A stretch of 56,946 nucleotides of DNA from the NCBI RefSeq assembly GCF_006345805.1, contig NW_021833637.1, forward strand, positions 1-56,946, written 5' to 3'. The translations under genes were made by a program, and so were the position numbers. The notes below the pieces were generated by a model. It saw nothing but the letters and a program-made list of their open reading frames with translations. It was not told where the DNA came from and did not search any database. This document shows, in pieces, positions 12,696 to 26,144 of this stretch. Position 1 is the first letter of the stretch, and each line of letters opens with the position of its first letter. The stretch comes from Octopus sinensis (taxonomy: Eukaryota).

Positions 12696-13955
12696 CCTTC
12701 ATGTGGTGGCTGCAGTACTGTTTCGTCGGCGAGCACACTTAACAGTTGCAGTCAGTTTCGCAAAGTGGATTAAAATTATTTCTTTGAAAACTCTTCTGTC
12801 AAATTTTCTACTCTCTCCGAAATAGAATTTCCTCTCCCCCACCCCGACACTCACTACAATTTCACTATGCTCTTTCTGTCAATTTGTCTATATGTACAAA
12901 TACACTGATATACACACACTCACAGAAACACATACACAAACATGTACTTAGGTTTAACGCAAAGGGGTGGATCAAATACAACGTACATAAGCATATTTGT
13001 ATCAGGTAATTTTAAAAAGACGCTAAAACTATTTTAGAAATTAACGTTTCTAGCAAAAATTTCGTCAATAAGCTCAAGTGACTTTGTTAGAATATTGTAA
13101 AATACTTCTTATCATGTTTTATTGTATTTAGATTTCAATTCTTTCTATAATATTGCGTTCTTAGGCTGGTTCATCATCTCGATTTATTTCTAAGACTTTT
13201 GAGAACGCCTAATTAAAGAGAGACGTCTCTTTTCGACTTTATGATTCTCAGTACAAGTTATTAACATTTGCCCCGTTCCTACCAAGAAGTAAGCGATTAT
13301 TTCATTCTATTTTAAAATTATAGCATGGAAGCTATTTACAATAAGCTAACAGAAAGAAAGTCTGCGGCCAATATAACTGATTATACTATTTTAATGGTTG
13401 AAAACAAAACAGAAACCTCTCATAATTCGCCTGTGGTAGCAATACGCATAAAATAATTTCTTTATCAAAGAATATCACAGCAGGTTTAGAACGAGATTTG
13501 CAGGTTTCGAAAAGAATCTGAAAATTGTAATTATGCATTTGGCCGGAAGCTGAGATATCGAAGAGAAAGGGAAAAAAAGATTGCTAATTAAAACCAGTTC
13601 TTGAAAAATGCCAAGAACTGTTCTAATTTTTTTTTTAAATGTTAAATTCTTCGTTCAAGCTACGTTGTATCATGAAGAAATGGCCGTCACAATTGTCTCC
13701 AAAGATGAAATGAACTTCGTGAAAATCGCCAGCATAATAGAAAATATGGAGATGGTGTTATAATACTGTATGTGTTTTACTAGCAAAGGCGTCGGTTCTT
13801 TAATTTACTAAAATGAAAATCGTGTAGTATGATAATTGATGTACACTTTCTCGAAGTGTCCTTTTGCAATTGCAAGGCAGCAGAGTAATTTTATATTTCT
13901 TCTGCTCATAACAGTAAATTAATCAACATGTTTGCTTAAAATCATTAATAATACA

Positions 13956-14116
13956 TAGGAGTGGCTTTGTAGTAAGTAGCTTGCTTATGAACCAGATAGT
14001 TCCGGGTTCAGTCCCACTGCATGACACCTTGGGAAAGTGTCTTCTAGTATAGCCTCGGGCCGACCAAAGCCTTGTGATTGGATTTGGTAGACGAAAACTG
14101 AAAGAAGCCCGTCGTA

Positions 14117-14187
<71 letters not shown>

Positions 14188-14412
14188 GTATGTGTGTTTG
14201 TATATGTTTGTGTGTCTGTGTTTGTCCCCCTTGATGACCGATGCTGGTGTGTTTACGTCCCCGTAACTTAGCGGTTCGGCAAAAAGAGACCGATAGAGTA
14301 AGTACTATGCTTTCAAAGAATAAGTCCTGGGGTCGATTTGCTCGACTAAAGGAGGTGCTCCAGCGTGGCCACAGTCAGGTGACTGAAACAAATAAAAGAG
14401 TATAAAAGAGTA
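13956..14412 (+). mobile_element. SINE family A, near full length
   Basis: Same head, core and tail as 18675-19057. Confidence 0.9.
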
Positions 14413-14735
14413 TTACACTTTGGTTTGCAGAACCCTATTAACAATTTATAACGGATCAATATGTCTGCCAAAAGAAATGCTGGATTCAAGTACATTTAAA
14501 AGCAATGAGTATTGTTTAATGCAGTTCCCGAAATGATGGGAAAAAACATGGCTTTATTGAAAAAGTTTCCTAACATCGGAGAAAAAAATGAATAAAAGAA
14601 CTACATAATCATTTTATAATTATCGATTATTTAATTCAAGTAATAAATTTACTGGTTAAAAAAATCTGAAACAAATAACGATTTCAGTTCAACTCATATA
14701 AACATTGATTTCTTCTTTTCTTTTGCTTATTTTAG

Positions 14736-14874
14736 GAAGGCACTGGGCAGCAATGTTTTATTTCAGGGCCTTTGAGTATGTTTCGCAAAGGGGACAGAGA
14801 AACCGGGATTTGTGGAGAGAAGAGACTTGTTCTAAGTAGTGACAATACAGTGGACACCATTAAAGAAACTGATG
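14736..14874 (+). CDS. Candidate internal exon, product unknown
   Basis: Pyrimidine tract and AG at 14734-14735; donor G|GTGAGG at 14875; one open frame EGTGQQCFISGPLSMFRKGDRETGICGEKRLVLSSDNTVDTIKETD; no family recognised. Confidence 0.3.
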
Positions 14875-16147
14875 GTGAGGAAGTAGCATTATATCGGATA
14901 AGGGATTAGGTATAACAGTTATAAGCGCGGAATGAACTCGTGCAACTATTTTGCAACTATTTTGAAAGCCACTGTGTAAAATAAGAGAATGTGGCGAAAT
15001 TGTGATGTGAGGCTTTCCTAGAAGCACCTACACAAACGAGAAACGAATCATATACGCTCTTCATTGTTCGTATATATTGATTCAGCCTCGGAAAGAAAAG
15101 TTTAATTTTGTTAACAAACGCTATACAGATTTGTTTCCTAAAAGAGTGAGCGTTTCCGTGTGCTTCCATTTCAGTATATACCAAGGAATTTGATACAGCA
15201 CCACATCGTTAATCAATCTCATTTGAGTCAAGGGAAGATTTCTACTCAATTAAACCCTCGTATAACGAGACGAGATGGATGATTACAGATTTGTTATCCA
15301 GACACGTCAAGTCAATCGAACATCATTATGTTTATATTCCTACTCGTCATAGAATCATTATTTCATTGCAGAGCACATAACATAATATTATTATGTAACA
15401 GTGTACCTAATACACGTATTTTAAACTTTGCTTCAATAGTCTTACATATATATATAAGGAGAAGTGTAAGTACAATAATTGTTTCTCATTTTATGGTGAT
15501 ACGAAAATGCAAACAATAAACTATATAATCCTTCAAGCACAGAATTAAATCATTGGTGTTTATTGATGTGTAGGAACAGCCATTGGCTTTGAAGCATGTG
15601 ATATTGATTCGTAATAAAGGCCGAGAATTATCATCTCATCTTTTACAGTAATACACGTACGGTTGTCTTCTCTGGAGCAGCTTCGAATATAATGATATCA
15701 AACAGAGCGATGCAAAGCCAGATAAAATGATTACTAATCGCATTTCTTATCAAAGATACATACAATAATCTTCGATTACAATGTCGTTTATGTCAGCCGT
15801 ATCAAAGTGATTTGCAGATAAGCGCCGACGACTGTGAACACGCATAGAAACACACTTGTTACACGTTGAAAACCTGTTGATGGTCGAATTTTATCGTTGT
15901 GTATGTGCTTAAGTCTGTGTATGTAAATGCGGTGGTGACTTGGTGAGGTCGCACAGAGAAACACTTGTAGCTAATGGTTTACAACAGGAAGGTTAAACTA
16001 TTACTTCATAAATAATCGAAAATCTGTTCGTTCGTCCGGCAGATGGGAAATTACGAGAGGATCACATGTAAGATGCCATCGACGAAATATAAGGGAGCCA
16101 TACAAACACCGGTACAACAGATAGCCAGACAAGGGGTGGTGACATAA

Positions 16148-16560
16148 TGAGGATGATGATGATGAAGATAATGATGGTGATGATGATGATGATGATGAGG
16201 AGGAGGATGATAATGATGATAATGATGTGGTAAAGATGATGATGATTATAATGATGATGATGTGGTGATGATGATAATGATGATGATGATGATTATGATG
16301 ATGATAATGATGATGATGATGATGATGATCTGGTGATGATGATGATAATAATATTACAACATTACTGATGCTACTGCTACTACCACCACTGCTTCTACTA
16401 CTACTACTACTACTACTGCTACTACTACTCTACTAATAATATTAATAACAATGATGATGATGTGGTGGTGACGATTATGATGATGATGATGATGATGATA
16501 ATATTATTATTGTTTCAGCAGAAACAACAACAACAACAGCAACAGCAACAACGACAGCAA
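16148..16560. repeat. Compound (GAT)n/(ACT)n/(AAC)n microsatellite
   Basis: Direct reading. Confidence 0.9.
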
Positions 16561-16589
16561 TGGGAACAACAACAGCAGTAACAAAAAGA

Positions 16590-17335
16590 AAAACAACAAT
16601 AATTTCCTTTGTTTAAATTGTTTAAAAGCTAAATCATTATTAGCGAAATATGTGAACCCGTGAAGGACATAGACCTTCCACTGTAGCAGAGCCTCAAAAA
16701 AGGGACAGTCAAAGAACCCCCAAAATTTAGGACCACCGTTAACATCAAAGGTACGAGCTCCCTCGCAAATCTGATCCTCCAATAAACAGGTGCATGCTTA
16801 AAGTAGTTCCCATCACCGTAACTATTTTTTGCCACAGTCCCCCCCCCCTGTTTTACATATTCACTGTGTGAGAGTATTTCCCTCACCACCCTCTCTTTCT
16901 TTTCCAGGTGGAGATTAAAAATATCGATGAGGGTTGGCGGAAGCGAAAGGTGTCTTTCCTAAATTCTTTCAGCCTAGTGCAATACCACTTCATTTGCCGT
17001 AATCAACGAGCAGAAGATAAGCACTTGCCCTGCTCTCTTAAAACTGAGGCATGTGGTGATCTTCGCGATGGACTCGGTTGATAATCGGATTCAACCTGCA
17101 CACCACAACAGCTTTTCGACATAAAGTCACAAGTCAGAAATGTTCGGACACTGCATGAGAGCGTATAGTATCCTTTCGTCGCTGTACACGCCTCTCGGTC
17201 AGTCCTGCCTGGCGGTACTTCCCTGCCTGTGCGGTTTATCTCGAACCGGCAGTGACAACCCTGCAGCACTACACGGCCAGGAACTCAGAAATTTAGTTAA
17301 GATACTTTCCAGCAAGAATACCCTTTGAAACAGGC
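16590..17335 (-). mobile_element. L1/Tx1-type ORF2 C-terminal fragment and 3' UTR, decayed
   Basis: Stop-interrupted frame ERILYALMQC...IRLSTESIAKI...LIDIFNLHLEKKERVVREILSHSEYVKQ resembles the post-RT Cys/His region of L1/Tx1 ORF2. Confidence 0.6.
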
Positions 17336-17339
17336 CAGC

Positions 17340-17650
17340 TATTTCGTCCTCAACGACACTCAAAGCTTTCTTGGGAACATCAACTTAACCGCTATTTTAT
17401 ATCGCAGGGTTTTGTGGCGAACCCTGCTGTACTCTTTCATCACAACTTTCTCTCACTCTTCTTTCTGTTTCTGTTGTACTTCTATTTCAAAGGGCCAGCC
17501 TTGTCACACTGTGTCACGCTGAATCTCGCAGAGAAATACGTTAAAGATACACGTGTCGTGGAGTGTTCAGCCACTTCCACGTTAATTTCCCGGGCAAGGT
17601 GTTCCGATAATCGGATCAACTGAAACCCTCGTCATCGTAACCGTCTGAGT
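17340..17650 (+). mobile_element. SINE family C-related body and tail
   Basis: CCTTGTCACACTGTGTCACGCTGAAT and CACGTTAATTTC match the reverse complement of 44580-44665. Confidence 0.5.
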
Positions 17651-17708
17651 ACCACGACGTTTTATATGTATATATAAATATTTACAAAGAGAGAAAGAGA
17701 GAGAGAGA

Positions 17709-17761
<53 letters not shown>

Positions 17762-17945
17762 CAGATGGGATCGGGAGAATCTCAATATAGAAAAAAATGT
17801 AGCGTTCAAATCATTTGAACTTATTCTCCAATATCTTTACTGAGCACAAACTAATCAGGGTAAAGAGTAGCTATAAGGGGTATCTATGTAAGCAATTATG
17901 GAGAAGATGATTCAACTAAACAGATAAATCCTTGCGCTTTAATGT

Positions 17946-17999
<54 letters not shown>

Positions 18000-18641
18000 T
18001 GTATAGAGATAAGTGAAGAAATGGACCAGCAATTAACAATTAGAAGTTGATCCTTGCTTTTAAATGGTCATAGTTTAATTGTAGTTAAAAGAACATTTAC
18101 AGCTGTTTCAGTTTTTTTTTTAGGTATCAAGTGAGCTCGGTATCTCACCGATGTATGGCAGTGCGTAGCAAAATACACAGCATTAGTTAGCAGAAAGCGA
18201 GCACTTCAGCAGCAACTCTACGCAAGACCGTATATCTATCAAAAGATTCAGAATGATTCCAGGACCTAAAGGAAATCGAACTTACGCTATACCTAGCATA
18301 TAGCACAGTCCTAGTTCCCGTAGATTAATACCTGTTTGGATCTTTAGGTCACTTTCTGCGCTCGCGACGCTTCGCCAACTAAGAGGAGGTCGAAACTTGA
18401 GTTGAATGACGAGAACCAGAATTAGCGTGAGGTCAACGAAATGGCAGAAAGATAGCTTCATATGGTGCAACACAAAAGCCTCTATTATGTACGCTAGGCT
18501 GTTTTCGTTGTAACTTACGAATGAAGCAGATAAGTTAAGAAAATAATGTAAAACCTTTGACTCAACACAAGGGATCGATAGAACGATAGATTGATATATA
18601 TATATATAATATAATATAATATATATATATATATAAATATC

Positions 18642-18674
<33 letters not shown>

Positions 18675-19057
18675 GGCGTAGGAGTGGCTGTGTGGTAAGT
18701 TGCTTGCTTACGAACCACATGGTTCCGTGTTCATTCCCACTGCGTGGCATCTTGGGCAAGTGTCTTCTACTATAGCCTCGGGCCGACCAAAGCCTTGTGA
18801 GTGGATTTGGTAGGCGGAAACTGAAAGAAGCCCGTCGTATATATGTGTGTATGTTTGTGTGTTGTGTTTGTCCCCCCCCCCCCAACATCGCTTGACAACC
18901 GATGTCCCTGTCACTTAGCGGTTCGGCAAAAGCGACCAATAGAATAAGTACTGGGCTTACAAAGAATAAGTCCTGGGGTTGATTTGCTCGACTAAAGGTG
19001 GTGCTCCAGCATGGCCACAGTCAAATGACTGAAACAAGTAAAAGAGAGTAAAGAGTA
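18675..19057 (+). mobile_element. SINE family A, full length
   Basis: GGCGTAGGAGTGGCTGTGTGG head through TGACTGAAACAAGTAAAAGAG tail; flanked by TA/CA repeats. Confidence 0.92.
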
Positions 19058-19071
19058 ATACACACACACAC

Positions 19072-19111
<40 letters not shown>

Positions 19112-20218
19112 TATATATTATATATATGTATATATATATAGAGAGAGAGATAGAAAGATACACACGTGTGCACAAGTGACTGTGTATGTTTTCAATTTTC
19201 TGGATGCCATAGAAGTACAAAACTAATGATTTAAGATGTTTTGGGAGGCAATTCCCATAATCTAGGATCTGTTCCATGATTTCTTCAACAATTTAATGAT
19301 GATCTCCAGAACAGCACATGAGAGATAAAATTTTAGCAAGATACCAACCAATGAGCACCATGTCGCCTTCTTGTTATCAACCCGTAATTGTATTTTGCGC
19401 GCCCATATGCGCGAGCTTGCTCGCTCGTGCGTTGTTTATTTGACAGGAAATTTGGCTTCGACACAAAAATAAAATCTCCGTATGCACACATCAATAAATC
19501 TGTATTCTAAACATATATACACAGGCACATACATATTTACACACACTCACAGCCATACGCTCATACACACACACGCACACAGGGGTATATTAAAACATAT
19601 TTGGGAAATTGTTTCCAGGACGAAGAATGCTCTTTATGTATGCATATGTATGCATATGCATATGTATGCATATGCATACACACACACATATATACATATA
19701 TATACATATGCACACACACAACACACACACACCACACACACACACACACACACACCGATATATATGTATGCATATCTATATGTATATATATGCATATATG
19801 CATGTATGTATATATAATATATATATATATAATATATATATACACTCACACTCTCACAGACACACATGTATGTATATAATATATATGCTAAATTTTATGG
19901 TGCCATATAAATAAAGTAAATGTTAGTCCCTACATATGCATACACACACACACACACCGATATATATGTATGCATATCTATATGTATATATATGCATATA
20001 TGCATGTATGTATATATATGTGTATATATAAAATTGAAAGAGAGAGGAAATGAGAAAGAGAGAGAAAGGAAGTGAGCGAAATTGTTTGAAGCGGCGAAGA
20101 CATTTTATTTACCAAGAAACAATAACCAGGGTTTTGCCAAATGTTTATTTATTTAGCGTTTTCGTCTCTTCTGGGAGATTCATCACGGAGGACATATTTA
20201 CAGAACATTCATTCTTGT

Positions 20219-20252
<34 letters not shown>

Positions 20253-20375
20253 ATAAGCAGTGGTACACCAAGTACGATCATTGCTTTAAATAATATATTT
20301 ATTATTCCACCTATATGGTGCTCTATATTTGCTGGATAACAATATCAATATTTTAATAACATCTATATTTTCATG

Positions 20376-20406
<31 letters not shown>

Positions 20407-20439
20407 GGATGTATATCTTAGCTGCTTTTTCGTATACGA

Positions 20440-20990
20440 GCAAAGCCGCTGCTAGAAAGAACCATTGAAATGAATCAATGTTGAAGCAAAGTGAGGACCT
20501 TGTATGACCCTTCAGCCCGGCGCATGTCTTGCGCATTCTATTACATAATGCACAGCTGTGCTGGCTGGCAGAAGGACCAGGTGTCACAGTATAAACTCTA
20601 TTGACCTGCCTTCTCAATCCTCCAACTGAGAGTTACTCCTTTCCATATGTTGCACATGTTCAGTTGAGAACCATAGCCACATCACAATTTCCCATGGGCC
20701 GATGTCTGTGACTTCTCTGAAGGCTACCCAGGAACGCACGACTTTAGTACTTCATCCCACAAACCGTACACACAGAAAGCAACACTCCCTCATTTTCTAC
20801 AGGTTCATTCCTTCTAAGCCTTCTCCTAATCTTCTCGTGTTTCATTCTCTCTCCCTCAAACCTTGAACAACCATTGTGCCCTCTCTTCGTCTATCCAAGT
20901 CGGTCTTGTGCCTTTCTCTCCCAATCAACAACTGAAGTTCCAGTCAGCGTCAGAGCAATTCTGAGGCAGCCCTCGAACCTCAATTAAGTG
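20440..20990 (-). mobile_element. RTE-like LINE 3' fragment
   Basis: LWDEVLK and C-terminal CALCNRMRKTCAGLKGHTRS (CxxC...H motif seen at RTE C-termini). Confidence 0.5.
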
Positions 20991-20998
20991 CTCGGCTC

Positions 20999-21101
<103 letters not shown>

Positions 21102-21238
21102 ATTTATATTCGTATGTGTGTATGTATGTATGTATGTATGTAGAGGGTTTTGAAGTGATGTACAGATATTGTACATTGGGGAAATACGGTAGTCAGAATG
21201 TTGGATGAGTATATATATATTGGATGATTATATATATA

Positions 21239-22245
21239 AAGTGGGGGGAAATATATATTCGTACATGTGAAAATTCTTTATTTATTTAATTTCTAATGAA
21301 CATAAATGGGATATACCAATACTATATTTGCATACACAAGCATAAACTAAGAATATGTAGAAAAAAACTAATAAATTATAGTAACTAAGGAATATTCAAT
21401 TATAAATATTTAGGGGTGAAAAATTATTCGTACAGAACATAAATAACTGATAATTCTGATTTAATACTTCGTAGCATAACCATTATTCAGTTCTACTTCA
21501 ACCAATGTCTTCTTGTAGTTCTTAATCAATGACTCGCATGTTTCTTTAGGAATTTTTTTCCATTCTTCTCTACAAATTTTCTTCAAATCTGTAATGTATG
21601 TTGGGGCTCTTGAATGAATTTTCATTTTCAAATAACGCCACAAATTTTCAATGGGGTTCAAGTCAGGTGACTGGCATGGCCATTCTAATAATTTTATATT
21701 CTGATCGACAATCCATATTTTGGTCGACTTCGCCGTGTGCTTATGGTCGTTACCCTATTGTAAAACCCACCCTGCACAAAGCTGGAACTTTTCTACAGAG
21801 TCCCATAAATTATTGTTCAAAATATGTCGGTACTTCTCTGCAGTCATTCTACCATCTATCACATGTAAATTGCCAGTTCCATTTGTAGAGAAATACCACC
21901 ACACCATGATGTTGCCACCTTCAAACTTTACGGTAGGAATTGTGTTTTTCCTCCAAACATGCTTACGCGAATTTCGTCCAAACAATTCAATTTTCGACTC
22001 GTCTGTCCATAGAACATTTTCCCAGAATGTATCAGATTTATCTTTATGTTCATAAACAAATTTTAAACGGGCATCTCTATGCCTTTTAGTCATCAGTTAC
22101 TATAATTTATTAGTTGTTTTTTGTTGCATATTCTTAGTTTATGCATGTGTATGCAAATACAATATTGGTATATCCCATTTATGTTAATTAGAAATTAAAT
22201 AAATGAAGAATTTTGACATGTACGAATGCTTACTTCCCCCCACTG
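21239..22245 (-). mobile_element. Tc1-family transposon, internally deleted, TIRs about 148 bp
   Basis: Ends (A)AGTGGGGGGAA / TTCCCCCCACTG-TA; fragments VLWTDESKIELFG, GGNIMVW and NPIENLW; N-terminal DNA-binding region absent. Confidence 0.9.
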
Positions 22246-22249
22246 TATA

Positions 22250-22581
22250 TATTTCAGCGCTTTCTTCCGTTATCAGATTTATCTAAAAAGTGGTTTACAG
22301 TAAGTTTGCTTCACCTTTTTACATAAAATTGAAAATGATGATGTCTTAGAAACAGGAGAAAGAGAGTAAGGAGGAGGAGAGAGATGGGGAAAGGAGGAAT
22401 AAATTAAAAAGGAAGGTACATATTCCTTTCTAATATGTTCCTCCCCTTCCCCTCCCTCTCTCCTCTCTCCTTCTCTTCCTTTCTAGAAATCATCAGTTTC
22501 AATTTTATATAAAAAGGTGACGCATACTTACTGTAAACCACTCTTTTGATAAATCCATTAACGGAAGAAAGTGTTAAAAAT
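22250..22581. repeat. Fold-back/MITE-like inverted repeat
   Basis: CTTTCTTCCGTTA...AGTGGTTTACAGTAAGT...ATAAAATTGAAA on the left matches the reverse complement of about 22480-22572. Confidence 0.75.
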
Positions 22582-22909
22582 GTAAATATATATATATATA
22601 TATGTATATATAATCATCCAACAAGTAGCTAGATGAATATAGATATAAATATGCGCCTGTGTCTGCGTCTGTGTTACCTTCTTCACCACTAGACAACCGG
22701 TGTTGATTTGTTTACATCACCGTAACCTAGCACTTCGGCAAAGGCAACCGATGGACAATGTACCAAGCTTAAAAATAATATGCACGGGGGTTCATTCCCT
22801 CGACTGAAATTCTTCCGGGTGGTACCCCACCATGGGTACCGTCTGATCTCTGAAACAAGTAACACATAAAAGACATCTTTCGCATGTCTTTAAGCTTTTA
22901 AACATTCCA

Positions 22910-23214
22910 CTCTTTTACTCTTTTTCTCGTTTCAGTCATTTGATTGTGGCCATGCTGGAGCACCGCCCTTAGTCGAGCAAATCGACCCCAGGACTTATAC
23001 TTTGTAAGCCTAGTACTTATTCTATCGGTCTCTTTTGCCGAACCGCTAAGTGACGGGGACGTAAACAGTTTCCATCTACCAAATCCACTCACAAGGCTTT
23101 GGTCGGCCCGAGGCTACAGTAGAAGACACTTGCCCAAGGTGCCACGTAGAAGGACTGAACCCACAACCATGTGGTTGGTAAGCAAGCTACTTACCACACA
23201 ACCACTCCTGCGCC
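22910..23214 (-). mobile_element. SINE family A with the middle microsatellite segment deleted
   Basis: Head at 23214, tail at 22910; GTAAAC joined directly to AGTTTCC. Confidence 0.88.
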
Positions 23215-23888
23215 TGTTGTATAAAATATTCTTGAATTCCACGTAATTCTTGGCTTTCGCACGGCACCAGTAAAAAATTCACGACGTTCCAGTTAGGAAT
23301 TCATGCATTTTTTTGTATGTAGAGGCGACGTCGTCATCATAAATACATCGATATTTATAAATGTGTCGGCAACGAATGCATATTTAAACTCACTGCAAGA
23401 ATGGCTGCGTACATAAAGCTGTGTCAATGAAACGTTCATTCCACATCGCTACTTGTACGTTTTAGGAATACGTTTGGGAAGTTTTATGTTTGATACTGTT
23501 CCTTTAAACTAGGAATATCAACATTTCTACCTTTATAAGACTCCGTTCACCTGCTCTTGGAAGTATCTAATTAAACATTAAACCGTTCTCAGTCATCCTT
23601 ACATCTCACCCACCTACATACAGATTCTGTTTCAGAATTCTTTAAATTATTCATTCTCAAAGTCTCATTCATTCTTCCTCATTCATTCTCTATTTCTCAA
23701 TCTCTCCTTCTCTCTCTCTATCTCTCTCTCTGTTTTCTTTTTTTGGTTTCTTTCTCCATCACTTGGTCTCTCTCTCTCGCCGTTGCTCTGTCTGTCTCCG
23801 TCTCTCTCTCTCAGTTGCTATATCATTCTCTTTCGCTCCCTCTCTCCTTCACCCTCTCTCTATTTCTCGGTTTCTTTCTCCGTCGCTT

Positions 23889-23922
<34 letters not shown>

Positions 23923-24738
23923 GCTCAGTCTATCTCCGTCTCTCTCTCTCTCTCTGTTTATGTATCTTTCTCTTTTGATCTCTCTCTCTCTCTCCCTTGC
24001 TCTGTCTCCATCACTTTCTTTGTCTCTGTATATTTCTCTTTCGATCCCTCTCTCCCCCTCTCTCTCTCTCTCTCTCTGTTATTACAGCCAACTACCAACA
24101 ATTCTACAATTCCTCTTAATATCAACCATTTTAAATTACTCTTTATAGTTTTCTCTCTGAAAATTCCCCCACCGTTTCCCCCCTCCTTTCTTGCTTTATT
24201 CTCAATGTTCTTTTCTACAGAACCATATTTGTTTTTGTGTAATTGCGAATTAACTTCTGCCAAATGTTAGAAAATTCGGAAGAGTGAAATCTGTTGCTCA
24301 CTTCTCTATAATGACTGGTATTTAGCCTTTCCGTGATGGCGTTAATCATATGAAATACTAGAACGTTCTCTCACTTTCTCTTTCACTTTCTCTTTCTCGG
24401 TCTCCCCCTATCACTCTCCCTCTCTCTTTCCCATTCTCTCTCTTATCTCATTCATTTTCTTTCTTTTTATTTCTCGTGTAAGCAATCCTACCCTATCTAT
24501 ATTCTCTATCCTTGATTCACATGGCAATGTACGGCAACTACAAATTATAGAGCATCTGGTCGTAGTTACCGAATGTGTTGGGAACATATCGGCAAACATT
24601 TTGACACGAATCTGTAAAATTACTCCTTTCATTTTACTCTCACGAAATGTATTATAATACTAAGCTCTTTATAAATGGTACATATACATATATGAATATT
24701 TACACACACATAGACGCCCACACACACAGTATATCACA

Positions 24739-24776
<38 letters not shown>

Positions 24777-24778
24777 CA

Positions 24779-25336
24779 CGAGGGTGAGTCAAAAAGTATT
24801 GCCATTTTATTTAGGCCAAGTATAATTACCAGCACAGGAACATGTATCATACATCAAAATGAAGCTGGTCCTCTGTGGATCACATCCCTACTTCTAAACA
24901 TAGTCACCGTTTCTCTCAATGGCAATGTTCCACCTTCAAATGAGAGCATGTACACCTGTCCCGTAAAATTCTGTTGAATGTTCTTTGGGACACTTTTTCA
25001 CTACAGTTTTCACTTCCTCGTCACTAGATTTAGCGCCTTCAGACTATCATCTCTTCGGTCCCATGAAAGAGGGTTTGAGAGGCAAATATAATATTATTCC
25101 AGTGATGAGGAAGTGAAAACTGTAGTGAAGAACTGGCTCAAAAAACAGTCACCAGAATTTTACGGAGCAGGGTTACATGCTCTCATTCGAAGGTGGAACA
25201 TTGCTATTGAAACGGTGACTACTTTGAGAAATAGGGATGTGACCCACAGAAGACCAGCTTCATTTTGATGAATGATATATGTTCCTGTAATATAACTGTC
25301 GTAAACAAAATGGCATTACTTCTCGACTCACCCTCG
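24779..25336 (+). mobile_element. Non-autonomous mariner deletion derivative (558 bp)
   Basis: TIRs CGAGGGTGAGTC..AAGTA.TGCCATTTT at both ends; remnant LDLAPSDYHLFGPMKEGLRG at about 25023-25085. Confidence 0.85.
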
Positions 25337-25345
25337 TATATATAT

Positions 25346-25470
<125 letters not shown>

Positions 25471-25489
25471 GACAATTGGTTGGTTGTCA

Positions 25490-25547
25490 TAATAAAACTC
25501 AGAGTTTCGGATACCGGAAATCCCCTCCGAGATCTCATCAGTTATTA
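25490..25547 (-). ncRNA. Minimal type I hammerhead ribozyme (family P1)
   Basis: TAATAA-CTGATGA-GATCTCGGA(GGGGATT)TCCGGTATC-C-GAAAC-TCTGA-GTT-TTATTA: 6-bp stem I, 9-position stem II with one mismatch, near-palindromic AACTC-T-GAGTT stem III. Confidence 0.7.
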
Positions 25548-25857
25548 AGACAAAACGCTATGAAAAGAAAACCGTTAAATAAAGGGAAATTACTCCAATA
25601 TGCATAGTGAAAGTATACACAGACACACTTACATGTACGCACATATACACATGTATGCATATATATCTATATACATACTCACACACGCGTGTACATATGC
25701 TTACAAACACACATATATACATATATGCCAACATATACCCGCACATCACACGCAAATATACTCATGCACTCATAACAACGCTGAAATATGCATCCCTACA
25801 CGCAGACACACATACATAGGCGGATATACAATAACGTATATATATATATATATATAT

Positions 25858-26097
25858 AATAATAAATATTAGGGAATAAATCCAAATTTACAGGGAAAAA
25901 ATCAGATTTAGGATTAAATCGATTTTATAGTAAAATATTATAAAATATTATTCGAGACAAAACCACTATTTTGCAAAACAAACAAGGAAAGACTTAATCA
26001 ATACATAAAATTTTAATAAATAATATTTATTAAAATTTTATGTATTGATTAAGTCTTTCCTTGTTTGTTTTGCAAAATAGTGGTTTTGTCTCGAATA

Positions 26098-26107
<10 letters not shown>
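25858..26107. mobile_element. Palindromic repeat (family P2), perfect 84-bp arms plus one-sided tail
   Basis: 25939-26022 is the exact reverse complement of 26024-26107; same element as 46118-46530 without the centre; (TA)n on both sides. Confidence 0.8.

Positions 26108-26144
<37 letters not shown>

Noticed and set aside
16908-16950. Strong + strand acceptor and possible exon
   Set aside because: Lies antisense within the L1/Tx1 ORF2 fragment.
24492-24611. 120-nt minus-strand AG...GT open frame
   Set aside because: Poor pyrimidine tract and no recognisable protein.
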